Positions 31,878 to 42,167 of a stretch of DNA of 64,000 bases are shown one piece after another. A program made the translations under genes and the position numbers. Position 1 is the first letter of the stretch. Each line of letters starts with the position of its first letter. The notes beneath the pieces were generated by a model that was not told the origin of the DNA, ran no database searches, and saw only the letters and a program-made list of their open reading frames with translations. Origin of the DNA: Planctomycetota bacterium (GTDB lineage: Bacteria > Planctomycetota > UBA1135 > UBA2386); contig OZ245006.1 of the NCBI GenBank assembly GCA_965223545.1, positions 3,360,001 to 3,424,000 on the forward strand. Reading direction: 5' to 3'.

Positions 31878-33260
31878 ATGGCTCGGAAGGGCAGAACGAG
31901 GAAGGGCAAGAAGCCCGCAGCGGAAGTATTACCAGTCGTGAAGCCCAACGCCGCCGGAATCGACATCGGCAGCCGCGAGCACTGGGTGTGCGCAGCAGCA
32001 CCCGACGGCAGTCGTCCGATCAAGCGATTCGGAACGACGACGCCCCAACTAGAGGCGCTCGCGGACTGGCTGGAGGAGCTCGGAGTGCGATCCGTCGCGA
32101 TGGAGAGCACCTATGTCTACTGGATTCCCGTCTACGAGCTACTCGAGTCGAGAGGCTTCGAGGTCATCCTCGCGAATGCCCGCGAGGTGAAGAACGTGCC
32201 GGGCCGCTCCAAGTCCGATGCCAGCGATTGCAGTTGGCTGCAGAAGCTACACACCTATGGCCTCATTCGCGCTTCGTTCCGGCCTCCGAAGGACATCTGT
32301 GCGTTGCGGACCCTGCAACGCCATGCCGCGTCTTTGATCGCGCAGCGCACGCGCCACACGCAGTTGATGCAGCGGTCACTGGATCAGATGAACGTGGCGA
32401 TCCATCGCGCGGTAACGGACATCACCGGCAAGACCGGCCTCGCGATCATCCGCGCGATTCTCGCTGGTGAACGCGACCCTCGAGCGCTCGCCAGACTGCG
32501 TGATCCGCGCTGCAAGATCTCCGAGAAGGAGCTCGCGGATCACTTGCAAGGGACCTGGATCGAGGAGCACATCTTCACTCTCGCTTCGGGCTTGCGGATG
32601 CTCGAGCACACCGACCACGAGATCGAGTCGGTCGAGAAGCGATTGATGGCGATGATCGAGGACCTGCAACCGGAGGAAGCCAAGACGGCCGACGTCCCCG
32701 AGCATCCAGACCCCCGCAAGGAGAGGAGCATCCGAACGAAGGGCGGCCGGGAGCTTCGCGATGCCCTCTGCCGGCTCGTCGGGTGTGATCTCACGCGAAT
32801 CGACGGTATCAGCCCGAGCACGGCCATGATCGTGCTCACCGAGGTCGGCTACGACCTCGATGCTTTCCCGACCGAGAAGCACTTCGTCTCCTGGCTACGC
32901 CTGTGCCCACGTCAAGCCGTCTCGGGTGGAAAGCGCATCAAGAAGCACCGCAACAACATCGCGGTCAGCAGGATCGCCACGGTCCTCCGGATGGCCGCCC
33001 TGTCCCTCCAACGTACTCAGACAGCTCTCGGCGCACACTTCCGCAAGATCGCCCGCGCGAAGGACGGCAACGTCGCCATCTTTGCCATCGCCCGCAAACT
33101 GGCCCTGCTCATCTACCGCATGCTGAAGTTCGGCCAGGACTACGTAGACGAAGGCGCCAAGGCCTACGAGGAGCGCTTCACCCAGCGACGCATCGTCGGA
33201 CTCCGACAGAACGCTAAATCCCTCGGGTACAAGCTCATACCGATCGTCGAGGCTGGGTGA
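31878..33260 (+). CDS. IS110 family DEDD transposase/recombinase
   Basis: RBS AAGGAGG; 'GIDIG', 'AMES', 'KSDASD'; C-terminal domain 'IDGIS...FVSWLRLCP...SGG'; intact 460 aa. Confidence 0.96.
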   Translation: MARKGRTRKGKKPAAEVLPVVKPNAAGIDIGSREHWVCAAAPDGSRPIKRFGTTTPQLEALADWLEELGVRSVAMESTYVYWIPVYELLESRGFEVILANAREVKNVPGRSKSDASDCSWLQKLHTYGLIRASFRPPKDICALRTLQRHAASLIAQRTRHTQLMQRSLDQMNVAIHRAVTDITGKTGLAIIRAILAGERDPRALARLRDPRCKISEKELADHLQGTWIEEHIFTLASGLRMLEHTDHEIESVEKRLMAMIEDLQPEEAKTADVPEHPDPRKERSIRTKGGRELRDALCRLVGCDLTRIDGISPSTAMIVLTEVGYDLDAFPTEKHFVSWLRLCPRQAVSGGKRIKKHRNNIAVSRIATVLRMAALSLQRTQTALGAHFRKIARAKDGNVAIFAIARKLALLIYRMLKFGQDYVDEGAKAYEERFTQRRIVGLRQNAKSLGYKLIPIVEAG

Positions 33261-33272
33261 GTTTCAGGTCAG

Positions 33273-33286
33273 GCTCCGTACTCACC
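33273..33286 (+). repeat. REP-like repeat copy 2, right half
   Basis: GCTCCGTACTCACC completes the hairpin and contains the stop of the convergent gene. Confidence 0.85.
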
Positions 33287-34466
33287 AGGAGCGTGCTGCC
33301 AGCAGCTCGATCAGGCGGCCGATGCGCGTGCGCGTTGCCTCGTCCACGAGGGGGCGCGCCGCGTAGGTCTGCAGCGCGGTGACGTGGCGCCGGTCGCCGT
33401 AGGTGGCGATGCGCTCCAGACACTCTTCGACGATGTGCGGACTGGCGCGCGTCTCGAGCAAGCCGACGAAACCATCGGCCGCGGCGGCATAGGCTTCCTT
33501 GCCGACCCCGTGGCCGAGACCCCAGCGGGCGCGCTCGGAGACGTTGGGATCCGCGGCGGCAAGAGCGTCGACGAGCACACCGACAACTGCCGGCGACTTG
33601 TCTCGCAAGGTGCTCAGACCGAAGTAGATCGCGTCGTGCCGAGTTTCGGGTGCCGCGCTCAAGGCGAGCAGACGCTGCTCGACGCGGGGTCCGACCCGCG
33701 CACCCCAGAGTCCCGACAGTGACCCTTCGCGCACGCTCTCGTCGGCGTCGTCGAGCAGCGAGAACACGACGTCATCGATGGCACCATCCAGCGCACCGTC
33801 GTGGAACATCATCAGGATGTGACTCATCGACTTGCGCACCTCGGCGGCCGGGTCACGGGCGAGCGCCACCAACCGTGCGCCGTCTTCGGGCCGCACTTCG
33901 GTGTTCATCAAGGCATACAGCGCTGCGGCGCGCACCTCCGCGTCGCCGTGCTCCAGCAGTGGCCGCACCAACGGGCGCATGGCAGCCTTGTCGTAGTCGA
34001 GCTTGCGCAGTCCCGCGAGCGCGCGCAGCGCGGCCTGCATCGCCACCGGGTCGTCGCCGCCCAACGCGCGCCGGATCGCCTCGAGGGCCGCTTGCCGTGC
34101 GGCGGGGTCCGCGGTTTGCAGCGCGGCCTCGCGCCACTCCCGGATGAGCTCGGCGCGCCGCCGCATGCGCGCGCACTCCGCCTCGCGCTGCGCTGCGGCA
34201 GCCGAGGACTCCTGCGCGCCGGCAACGGTCTTCGTCCGATCCGGTACTGCCCGGGCCTGCTCCAGCTGCACGCGCAGCTGCGCCACCTCGGCTTGCAGCT
34301 GTTCGAACGCCGCGCGTTCTGCGGGCTCCTGTTGAATCGGGGGCGCACTCACCCGGGACGCGGTGCGCCGCCCGATCTCGAAAGCGGCGACGCTGCACAC
34401 CGCGACTGCGGCGAGCCACGCCCAGCGCGCCGCACCGGACTCTCGCCCTGTTGTCATTACATGCAT
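33282..34466 (-). CDS. Membrane-anchored HEAT-repeat protein
   Basis: N-terminal TM and coiled coil; repeats 'D.D.EVR.AA..AL'; TGATG overlap with the upstream gene. Confidence 0.8.
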   Translation of the reverse strand: MHVMTTGRESGAARWAWLAAVAVCSVAAFEIGRRTASRVSAPPIQQEPAERAAFEQLQAEVAQLRVQLEQARAVPDRTKTVAGAQESSAAAAQREAECARMRRRAELIREWREAALQTADPAARQAALEAIRRALGGDDPVAMQAALRALAGLRKLDYDKAAMRPLVRPLLEHGDAEVRAAALYALMNTEVRPEDGARLVALARDPAAEVRKSMSHILMMFHDGALDGAIDDVVFSLLDDADESVREGSLSGLWGARVGPRVEQRLLALSAAPETRHDAIYFGLSTLRDKSPAVVGVLVDALAAADPNVSERARWGLGHGVGKEAYAAAADGFVGLLETRASPHIVEECLERIATYGDRRHVTALQTYAARPLVDEATRTRIGRLIELLAARSW

Positions 34467-35809
34467 CACGATTTGCGTAAGTGCGACAGCGCGCGCTCCA
34501 GGATCGGATCGCGCTTCTCGAGCTCGGCGGGGTCGACCTCGACCGACACATCGGGCGCGATGCCGACCCCTTCGAAGCAAGTGCCGTCAGGCAACAGCGC
34601 CTGCCAAGACGGCACATTGAGGACGACGTCGTTGGACAACCGGTGCGGCTTGGGGTTGCCGCTGCTGCCGAAGGTCCGTTGGCCGATCACCGTGCAGCCC
34701 TCCACCTGCTTCATCATCAAGACGAACGCCTCGTTGCTGCTCATCACGTAGCGGCTCACCAACAGCGCGACCGGGATCCGGAGACGCCGGGCATCGGTGT
34801 TGCCGCTAATGCTCCGCTCGCGCACCGGGCCGAAGCCGTCCGGCCCCTTGGCGATGCGGTAGCGGTTCTTGGCGTAGACCCGCGCACCCTCGACGAACCA
34901 CGCGGCAACCTGCCGCGCGATCCCCTCGTCGCCGCCGGAGTTGGCACGCACGTCCAACACCAGCGCGCGCGAACCGCTCTCCGCGATCTGCGCCAACAGC
35001 TCGAACAAGAGCTGCTGGTTCAGGGAGCGCGACCAACTGCCGATCATCAGATAGGCGATGTCGTCCTCGGTGCGCCCAACGGCCAAACCGCGCGCCGGCT
35101 CGCGCAACCGCACGAGATAGCGCTGCAATCCCGACGGCCGCACCAGAGGATCGACGGCGCGGCTAGCGGTACCGACCTGGGCTCCACCGACGCTCAGAGT
35201 CAGGTGCAAGTCCTGCGCCTCGGCCAGCAGGGCGGCCACCGCGCGCACCCAGCCCTGATCGGTACGCGCGCCGTGAATCGCCGCGCGGTGCTCGCCAAAC
35301 CGGTCCCCCCAAGCCACGTCGAGGCGGTCGTAGTACGAATACGCTGACTCGAGCACCGCCTGCACTTCGTCCAGGGCCCGTGCGTTGCGCTGTTCTTGCT
35401 CGGCGGGCGGCCGCAGCTCTGCCGGCAGCGTCGCGAACTGCCAAGGTGCCGGACGGAGCGCGACTCCCTTGCCGCTGCGAAAGTTGGTCGCCGCTGGACA
35501 GTTCAAGGACAGGCGATAGCTGCGTCCCGGCTCCAACGTCACCGGTAGAACGCAGGTCTTGGAGTCCTTCCAATACGGGCGCTTGCCGTCGGTCACCGGC
35601 GGGAACGCCGGGCCGCCGCCGCAGAACGAGAAGCCGCCGGTGCTCATCGGCCGGTCGAAGACCACGATCAGCTCGGCCACCCCAGCCGCGTCGACCTCGA
35701 CGTCGCCGTCCGCGGGCGTCCGCTGGACGATGGTCGGTGGTTCTTGGGCCACACCGAGTGCCGTCGTGAGCAGAGCCATTGCCCACGGCCGAAACGGTTT
35801 CCGCGTCAT
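34466..35809 (-). CDS. S41 family peptidase with N-terminal Ig-like domain
   Basis: RBS AGGAGG; 'VVFDRPM'; 'LDVRANSGG', 'SSNEAF', 'IGQRTFG', 'EGVGIAPD'. Confidence 0.9.
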   Translation of the reverse strand: MTRKPFRPWAMALLTTALGVAQEPPTIVQRTPADGDVEVDAAGVAELIVVFDRPMSTGGFSFCGGGPAFPPVTDGKRPYWKDSKTCVLPVTLEPGRSYRLSLNCPAATNFRSGKGVALRPAPWQFATLPAELRPPAEQEQRNARALDEVQAVLESAYSYYDRLDVAWGDRFGEHRAAIHGARTDQGWVRAVAALLAEAQDLHLTLSVGGAQVGTASRAVDPLVRPSGLQRYLVRLREPARGLAVGRTEDDIAYLMIGSWSRSLNQQLLFELLAQIAESGSRALVLDVRANSGGDEGIARQVAAWFVEGARVYAKNRYRIAKGPDGFGPVRERSISGNTDARRLRIPVALLVSRYVMSSNEAFVLMMKQVEGCTVIGQRTFGSSGNPKPHRLSNDVVLNVPSWQALLPDGTCFEGVGIAPDVSVEVDPAELEKRDPILERALSHLRKS

Positions 35810-35855
35810 GCCTGCCTCCTGAGTTGCGGCCATTGTATCGTGCGCGGCCTTCGCC

Positions 35856-37352
35856 ATGCGCAACCCGATCTTCGACCCCGGTCGGTGGCTTCCGCTGCTG
35901 TTCACCCTCGGCCTCGCCGCGTGCGAGCGCGAGGACACGCCCACCGCGGCGACGGACGCCGGCGGCCGGCCACCCAACGTCCTGTTCCTCTTTGCCGACG
36001 ATCAGCGCCCCGACACGATCGCGGCGTTCGGCAACGAGCACATCCGCACGCCGAACCTGGATCAACTCGCCGCACGCGGCCATCGCTTCGCCAACAACTA
36101 CTGCATGGGCTCGATCCACGGCGCGGTCTGCCAGCCGAGCCGCGCGATGATCCTCACCGGTCGCACGCTCTACCGCGTGCCCATGGACTTGGCCGGGATG
36201 ACAACACTTCCTCAGCTGCTGGGCGAGCGGGGCTATGCGACCTTCGGCACCGGCAAGTGGCACAACGGCGCCGACGCGTTCACCAAGAGCTTCCAGCAGG
36301 GGCGCGCCGTGATGCTCGGCGGCATGTCCGACCACACCGCGGTGCCGATCCGCGACATGACCGACGACGGGGGACTGACGCCGGTTCGCACCGGCGACAA
36401 GTTCTCCAGCGAGCTGTTCGCCGACGCCGCCATCCAGTTCTTGCGCGAGCACGACGAAGCGGAGCCGTTCTTCTGCTATGTGGCGTTCACCGCACCACAC
36501 GACCCGCGGCAGCCGCCACAGCCCTACCGCGACGATTACTACGAAGCGCGACCGCCGCTGCCGGCCAACTACATGCCGCAGCACCCGTTCGACAACGGCT
36601 GGATGGTCGGTCGCGACGAGTACCTCGCGGCTTGGCCGCGCACCGAGGAAGTCGTGCGCGACCAGCTGGCGGAGTACTACGGCTTGATCACCCACCTCGA
36701 CGCACAGGTCGGCCGCATCCTGGCGGCGCTCGAGGCGCGCGGGCTGACCGACAACACCATCGTGGTCTACACCGCCGATCACGGCTTGGCCGTGGGCAGC
36801 CACGGACTCATGGGCAAACAGAACGTGTACGAGCACTCGATGGGTTGCCCGCTGCTGATCGCGGGTCCCGACATCCCGGCTGGCGAGAGCGCTGCGCTGA
36901 CCTATCTCTACGACCTCTTTCCGACGCTTTGCGGACTCACCGACACCACGCCGCCGGCGGGGGTCGAGGGACGGGACCTGGCGCCGCTGTGGCGCGGCGA
37001 GCGAGAGAGCGTGCGCGACTCGCTGTTCTTGACCTACGAGAACTCGATGCGCGCTGTGCGCGACGCGCGCTACAAGCTCATCCGCTACCCGCGCGTCGAC
37101 CACCGGCAGCTGTTCGACCTGCAAGAAGACCCCGACGAGCGCCACGACATCGCCGCCGCGCCCGAGCACGCTGAACGCGTCGCCCGCATGACGGAGCTGA
37201 TGCGCGACTGGCAGCGCCGCACCGATGACCCCCACCCACTCGAGGTCGACGAGCCCGAGCCGATGGAAATCGACCTCACCGGCCGCGCGCGCAAACCGGA
37301 CCGCTGGCAACCGCAGTGGATCATCGACAAGTACTTCGGAGAACAGCGATGA
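35856..37352 (+). CDS. Cys-type (formylglycine) sulfatase, probable lipoprotein
   Basis: 'PNVLFLFADDQ', 'CQPSR', 'GKWH', 'ADHG'; lipobox 'LAAC'. Confidence 0.93.
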   Translation: MRNPIFDPGRWLPLLFTLGLAACEREDTPTAATDAGGRPPNVLFLFADDQRPDTIAAFGNEHIRTPNLDQLAARGHRFANNYCMGSIHGAVCQPSRAMILTGRTLYRVPMDLAGMTTLPQLLGERGYATFGTGKWHNGADAFTKSFQQGRAVMLGGMSDHTAVPIRDMTDDGGLTPVRTGDKFSSELFADAAIQFLREHDEAEPFFCYVAFTAPHDPRQPPQPYRDDYYEARPPLPANYMPQHPFDNGWMVGRDEYLAAWPRTEEVVRDQLAEYYGLITHLDAQVGRILAALEARGLTDNTIVVYTADHGLAVGSHGLMGKQNVYEHSMGCPLLIAGPDIPAGESAALTYLYDLFPTLCGLTDTTPPAGVEGRDLAPLWRGERESVRDSLFLTYENSMRAVRDARYKLIRYPRVDHRQLFDLQEDPDERHDIAAAPEHAERVARMTELMRDWQRRTDDPHPLEVDEPEPMEIDLTGRARKPDRWQPQWIIDKYFGEQR

Positions 37353-37885
37353 GCGACGAGAAGAACGCCAGCCCGCTGAAGTGGGTCGGCGGCTTGGTGG
37401 TCGCCGTACTCGCGGCGCTCGGCTACATCAAGCTCGACGAGAGCGAGCCGGCGACACCGGACGCAAGTCCAGCGATCCACGCGCCGGAGGCGAGCACGAC
37501 CCCGACGCCGGACGCCACCGTGCACACTCCGGCACCCGCCGCAGAAACCGCTGCCGAGCCCGCCGCTGACTCCGCTAGCGAACGGCGCACTGCGGTGGTG
37601 ATGGGCCCCAAGGGCCGCACCGACCTCGCACCGACACTCGAGCGCATCGAGAAGGGGATCGAGCACCCCCACCGCAACGACGGCAGCGTGTTCCAGAACC
37701 GCGAGCGGCGCTTGCCGCGCAAGCCGTCGGGCTACTACCGCGAGTACGTGCACCCCACGCCGGGGGAGCGCGGGCCAGGCGCCCAGCGCGTCGTGATCGG
37801 CAAGGACGACGAGGTCTACTACACCGCCGATCACTACAAGACCTTTCGCCGCGTGAAGTGGGACTTCCGCTGGGAGGAGCGATGA
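37349..37885 (+). CDS. Guanyl-specific ribonuclease (barnase/RNase Sa family) with N-terminal membrane anchor
   Basis: 'FQNRERRLP...YYREY', 'GAQRVV', 'YYTADHY'; ATGA overlap with the sulfatase. Confidence 0.9.
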   Translation: MSDEKNASPLKWVGGLVVAVLAALGYIKLDESEPATPDASPAIHAPEASTTPTPDATVHTPAPAAETAAEPAADSASERRTAVVMGPKGRTDLAPTLERIEKGIEHPHRNDGSVFQNRERRLPRKPSGYYREYVHPTPGERGPGAQRVVIGKDDEVYYTADHYKTFRRVKWDFRWEER

Positions 37886-38301
37886 CCGCCGACGACCCCC
37901 TCGCACCGTTTCGATTCGACGACGAAGCCACGCTGCTCGCCGCCGACGACTACGCCCACGTGGCGCGCATTCCCGCAGGCCTGCGCCGCAAGCGCGAGCT
38001 GATGGCGGCGCTGGCGGCCAGCCTCGCCCTGCCGCGCTACTTCGGCAGCAACTGGGATGCGCTGTCCGACTGCCTCCGCGACCTGTCCTGGCTGCCGGCG
38101 GGCAAGGTGCTGCTGCTGCACGGTGACGTGCCCCCCAAGCGCGGCGCGCACCGCGAGACCTACCTCGACATCCTGCGGGAGGCACAGCAGAGCTGGGCCG
38201 AGGACGACGTGGGCAGGCTGGTGGCGGCGTTTCCCGCGGCGGCACGGAGCGAGGTCGAGCGCCGGCTGGGCGACGTCGCCGCCGACGATGCGGACGAATA
38301 A
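37882..38301 (+). CDS. Barstar family RNase inhibitor
   Basis: '[19 protein letters not shown]'; RBS GGAGG and ATGA overlap. Confidence 0.92.
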   Translation: MTADDPLAPFRFDDEATLLAADDYAHVARIPAGLRRKRELMAALAASLALPRYFGSNWDALSDCLRDLSWLPAGKVLLLHGDVPPKRGAHRETYLDILREAQQSWAEDDVGRLVAAFPAAARSEVERRLGDVAADDADE

Positions 38302-38368
38302 GGGACCCACCGCGAAGGCTGCCCGTAGAACGATCGGTAGCGCACCAACGCCCGTGCGGAGACCAACC

Positions 38369-38917
38369 ATGGCAACGACCCGACTCACGCTCTCCTGCGT
38401 CGTCCTGCTCCTGGCCGGGACCGGCTGCACCGACACCACGGTCGTCGACAGCATCCCCGGCCCGCCGGCCGCCGCGCATCCGACTTCGGCGCCCACCGCG
38501 GCGGCGACCACGCCGCAGGTCGAGAAGGTCGTCAAGACCGAGGCCGAGTGGCGCGCCCAGCTGACCCCGGAGCAGTACCACGTCACTCGCGAGAAGGGCA
38601 CCGAGCGCGCCTTCACCGGCGAGTACTGGAACCACAAGGGAGACGGCGAGTACCGCTGCATCGGCTGCGACCTGCCGCTGTTCGACTCGGAAACCAAGTT
38701 CGACTCGCGCACCGGCTGGCCGAGCTTCTATCAACCTCTGCGCGCCGAAGCCGTCGCGACAGAGCGCGACACGACGTTCGGCATGGTCCGCGTCGAGGTT
38801 CTTTGCGCGCGCTGCGACGCCCACCTCGGCCACGTCTTCGACGACGGGCCGCGGCCCACAGGCATGCGCTACTGCATCAACAGCGCCGCGCTGCGGTTCG
38901 CGCCGGACGTGCAGTAG
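38369..38917 (+). CDS. msrB: Peptide methionine (R)-sulfoxide reductase, exported lipoprotein
   Basis: 'GTERAFTG', two CxxC, 'GWPSF', '[10 protein letters not shown]', 'RYCINS'; lipobox-like 'LAGTGC'. Confidence 0.95.
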   Translation: MATTRLTLSCVVLLLAGTGCTDTTVVDSIPGPPAAAHPTSAPTAAATTPQVEKVVKTEAEWRAQLTPEQYHVTREKGTERAFTGEYWNHKGDGEYRCIGCDLPLFDSETKFDSRTGWPSFYQPLRAEAVATERDTTFGMVRVEVLCARCDAHLGHVFDDGPRPTGMRYCINSAALRFAPDVQ

Positions 38918-38942
38918 CGGCGGCGACACGTTGACGGGCGGA

Positions 38943-41900
38943 TCACTCGACGCCAACAGCGAACGGCGCCGCACTCGGCAGCGCCAGCAAGTCCAGAGTC
39001 CCGGCGCGGAACAAGCGAACGTGCCACGCGTAGTCGCCCAACGGCGCGGTCTCCGGTAGGAAGAGGCCGAAGGCAACACCGCGCAGCGCGACGGGTGTCC
39101 AGTTGGCGACGAAGGGCACCGGGGACAGCGACAGGCCCCCGCCCGCCTGCAGGTAAGCCAGAGTGCCGTCCGGCAGCTCGAGCATGACCCACGCGTCGAG
39201 CGGCGGGGGCGCCACACCGGGGGCGACGTCCAACGTCAGCGTGTGTAGCCGACCCGCAGTGAGCGTGGCCGCGTTGACCTCCGCCGCGGCGTGGAGCGCG
39301 TTGGGCCTTGACTGCGCGTTCGCCGGATCGCCACCGGCCACGACCTCGGTGCGGTCACCGTAGCCGTCCTCGTCGCGATCGACGCCGATACGCAGGCCAC
39401 CGCCTCGGGGCACGACCGTGTAGGTGAGCGGCTCGCTGGCTGAAGCCGTCGCCCGCAGAGCGGCTGGGCTCACCGTTTCGCCATCGACGTCACCCACGAA
39501 CACGCCGAACAGGCGGTCGAAGAACCAGCCGCGCGGTACCCCGCCGACGACCCCCTTGACCACGACATCGGTCCGGCCGGGGCGCTGGCCGGCGAGCGCC
39601 AGCATCGCCGCGACGGCGTCCGCTTGGCCGAACGCCGGCACTGCCGCGCCATCGCTGACCGTGACCTGCTTGCCGACCGCCGCGTGCGTGTCCTGACTGG
39701 GCGGCCCCGGCGGATTGGCGGTGTTCTCCGGGTTGGGATTGACGTCCTCACCAAAGCCGGTGAACGCGAGCACCAGGGCGACGAAGTCGGCCACTGCCTG
39801 GTCGGAGCCAAAGTCGAAGATGCGCGCCATCGCCCGGCGGACGACGGTGTCCTCGCGCCCGTCGTTCATGTAGCCGAAGCCGGTCTTGCTTTGCTGGCTG
39901 GTGAAGTCGGTGCCGATCTTCTCGTAGAGATTGCGCCAGCTCTGCCCCTTGTTGCCGCGGTGGATCGTCGTGTCATCCGGCCGCAGCGCGAGGTGTGACT
40001 CGCCGTTGGGCCCCTTGGGAATCGTCACGTAGCGCCGGCCGTTCCAGCGCATGTGCGTGGTCATTCCGGTGGGCAGCGTGTGGCACTGCACGCACCGCGT
40101 CGCTCCGGGCGCGGTCTGGGTGAACAGCCGAAAGCCGCGCTCGGCGTTGCCGTTGGGCAGCGGCGCCCCGGCGGGCAGCGCGTAGCGACCGGTGGAGACG
40201 ATGCCATCGAGCGGCAGGTCCGTCGGCAAACTGTTGTCGAAGCTGCGGAACGGGTTGGGCGGATAGGCGACGGTCGCCAAGAAGTCCTCGAACTCCTGCA
40301 TCTCCGCCGCCTGCAGCGGACCGTCGTCACCCTGCAGACTCTGGTAAGCGCCAGCAAACCCCTCGATGCCGTCCTTGTCGCCGCGGTGATGGAACGGCTC
40401 GAGTCCGATGATGTCCTGCAGCGTCTGCGTCGTCATCGGCCCCTTCATCGGGTGCCAGTCCTGATAGCCGGGCAAGAAGCCGGTGGCGTAGAGGTTGTGT
40501 GCGTTGGGGCCCGGCTTCGGCACGTGCTGCGGCGCGGTGACGTTGGTCCCCAGCACGGCCTGCATGGCCCCCTGCGGGTCGCCGAGGTCCCAGGCCAGCG
40601 CGTCTTCGCGCGCATCGATGTGGCACGACGCACACGATGCTTGCCCCAACCCCGACGTCGCATGCGTGTCGTACAGGTGGCGGCGGCCGACGCGGATCGC
40701 GGCCGGCGTGGGATCGAACATCGGCACGGTCGCCAACAGGGTCTCCGGCGCCGCCAGGCCGACGACCGAGATCGTGGCCGCGAAACGATCGAGCACGTAG
40801 AGCTGCTGCCGTCCCTCGTCGATCGCGACACCCACCGGCCCCTCGCCGACCTCGACGCGGCCGAGCCGATTGCCGGCGGGGTCGACGACGATCACGTTGT
40901 TCGAGCCCATGCCCGTGACGTAGCCGCGCGTGCCGGCTCCGTTCCAGACGATGCCGCGCGGATCGCCGATCGAGCGATCGCGCTCGCTCTGCGCGACGTT
41001 GGGGGTCGAGTAGTCCAGGTGCCCGGCGTTGAGATCGACGACCGTCGCGCCGGCCGGATCGGCTGGATCGAAGACGCCGAGCTGCACGCGCACGAAGGTG
41101 CCGTTGATGTTGGGCTCGAAGCGAATCTCGTTGGTCGCATCCGTGCCGACCACGGTCACCGCGCCACTCGCCGGGTTGACGGCAATGGCCATGACCGCGT
41201 TCATCAGGCCAGTGGCAAAACCGCGCACTGCCAGCGTGCCGGCATCGATCACCGCGACGTCGCGATCGGGCATGTCCCAGCCGACGACGCGCAGGCTCGC
41301 GTTGGCACGCTCGCCGCTGATCCACCGCGTCCAGTCACCGCCGTTGTCGTCGAGCCACTGCCCACTCGCGTTCTTCCGGACGATCAACCCGACGGGCGGC
41401 GCGGGGTTGGCGCCGCCGGGCAAGTACTCGCTCTTGATCGGCGGCACGAATGAGCCGACTGCCGGCGGCGCCAACGTCGGGCCGCCCGTGTTGGGTGGCG
41501 GGTTGGTGCCGCCGTATGGTCCCTCGGTGAACACCGGCGCTCCGGTCAGCGGCCCGGCCGCGTTGCCGCCGGCGACGTTGGGGATGAGGTTGCGCCGATC
41601 ACCACCACCGACCAGCGTGGTCGCGTTGCTGGAGCGAAACACAGCGGCATAGACCTCGCTGCCGTCCGCGCTCACCGCGAGCGCACGCGGCTCTTCGACC
41701 GGCAGATCGACGGTCGCCACCAATGCCCTTGTCGCCGGGTCGAACACCAGCACCTGGTTGGCCTGCGAGCACGCGACGAATGCCCGTTGCGGCGTGCCCG
41801 CGAACACGACGTCGTACGGCTCGTCGGCGGTGTGCAGCGTGGCGACCACGCGCGCGACACCGGTGTCGACGACGCTGATCGAGTCCGAAACGTGGTTGAC

Positions 41901-42167
41901 GACCCACGCCTCGCTGTCCGTGCGAAAGCGAACCGAGACGGGGTCGAGGCCGACCGGTACGGCGCCGCGCGCCACCGGTAGACCCGAGTCGAGCGCGAAC
42001 AGCTCGACGCGATTGTCCGGCAAGTTGACCGCCGCCAGCGTCGCGCCGTCGGGACTGACGTCGATGGCGTGCAGGGGCGGGTTCTCCCAGTTCACGAAGG
42101 GCTGGGCCGCGACGGGAGCGGCCGCGAGGACCGCCAAAAGCAGGCGGAGGACGACGGGGTAGCGCAT
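38943..42167 (-). CDS. Secreted YVTN beta-propeller / di-heme cytochrome c protein
   Basis: Signal peptide; YVTN-type repeats ('VVNHVSDSISVVD'); CxxCH 'CASCH' and 'CVQCH'; 'DRDEDGYGD' Ca-binding-like motif. Confidence 0.85.
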   Translation of the reverse strand: MRYPVVLRLLLAVLAAAPVAAQPFVNWENPPLHAIDVSPDGATLAAVNLPDNRVELFALDSGLPVARGAVPVGLDPVSVRFRTDSEAWVVNHVSDSISVVDTGVARVVATLHTADEPYDVVFAGTPQRAFVACSQANQVLVFDPATRALVATVDLPVEEPRALAVSADGSEVYAAVFRSSNATTLVGGGDRRNLIPNVAGGNAAGPLTGAPVFTEGPYGGTNPPPNTGGPTLAPPAVGSFVPPIKSEYLPGGANPAPPVGLIVRKNASGQWLDDNGGDWTRWISGERANASLRVVGWDMPDRDVAVIDAGTLAVRGFATGLMNAVMAIAVNPASGAVTVVGTDATNEIRFEPNINGTFVRVQLGVFDPADPAGATVVDLNAGHLDYSTPNVAQSERDRSIGDPRGIVWNGAGTRGYVTGMGSNNVIVVDPAGNRLGRVEVGEGPVGVAIDEGRQQLYVLDRFAATISVVGLAAPETLLATVPMFDPTPAAIRVGRRHLYDTHATSGLGQASCASCHIDAREDALAWDLGDPQGAMQAVLGTNVTAPQHVPKPGPNAHNLYATGFLPGYQDWHPMKGPMTTQTLQDIIGLEPFHHRGDKDGIEGFAGAYQSLQGDDGPLQAAEMQEFEDFLATVAYPPNPFRSFDNSLPTDLPLDGIVSTGRYALPAGAPLPNGNAERGFRLFTQTAPGATRCVQCHTLPTGMTTHMRWNGRRYVTIPKGPNGESHLALRPDDTTIHRGNKGQSWRNLYEKIGTDFTSQQSKTGFGYMNDGREDTVVRRAMARIFDFGSDQAVADFVALVLAFTGFGEDVNPNPENTANPPGPPSQDTHAAVGKQVTVSDGAAVPAFGQADAVAAMLALAGQRPGRTDVVVKGVVGGVPRGWFFDRLFGVFVGDVDGETVSPAALRATASASEPLTYTVVPRGGGLRIGVDRDEDGYGDRTEVVAGGDPANAQSRPNALHAAAEVNAATLTAGRLHTLTLDVAPGVAPPPLDAWVMLELPDGTLAYLQAGGGLSLSPVPFVANWTPVALRGVAFGLFLPETAPLGDYAWHVRLFRAGTLDLLALPSAAPFAVGVE

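Larger units (their letters stand above)
31627..33272 (+). mobile_element. IS110-family insertion sequence, 1646 bp, inserted in a REP-like hairpin
   Basis: Removing 31627-33272 restores GTACGGAGCCAGGCTCCGTAC. CAG occurs at both junctions (31624-26 and 33270-72); long 5' and 12-nt 3' non-coding ends; no long terminal IRs. Confidence 0.9.

Noticed and set aside
38369..38917. MsrB as a selenoprotein
   Set aside because: The catalytic codon in RYCINS is TGC and there is no in-frame TGA.
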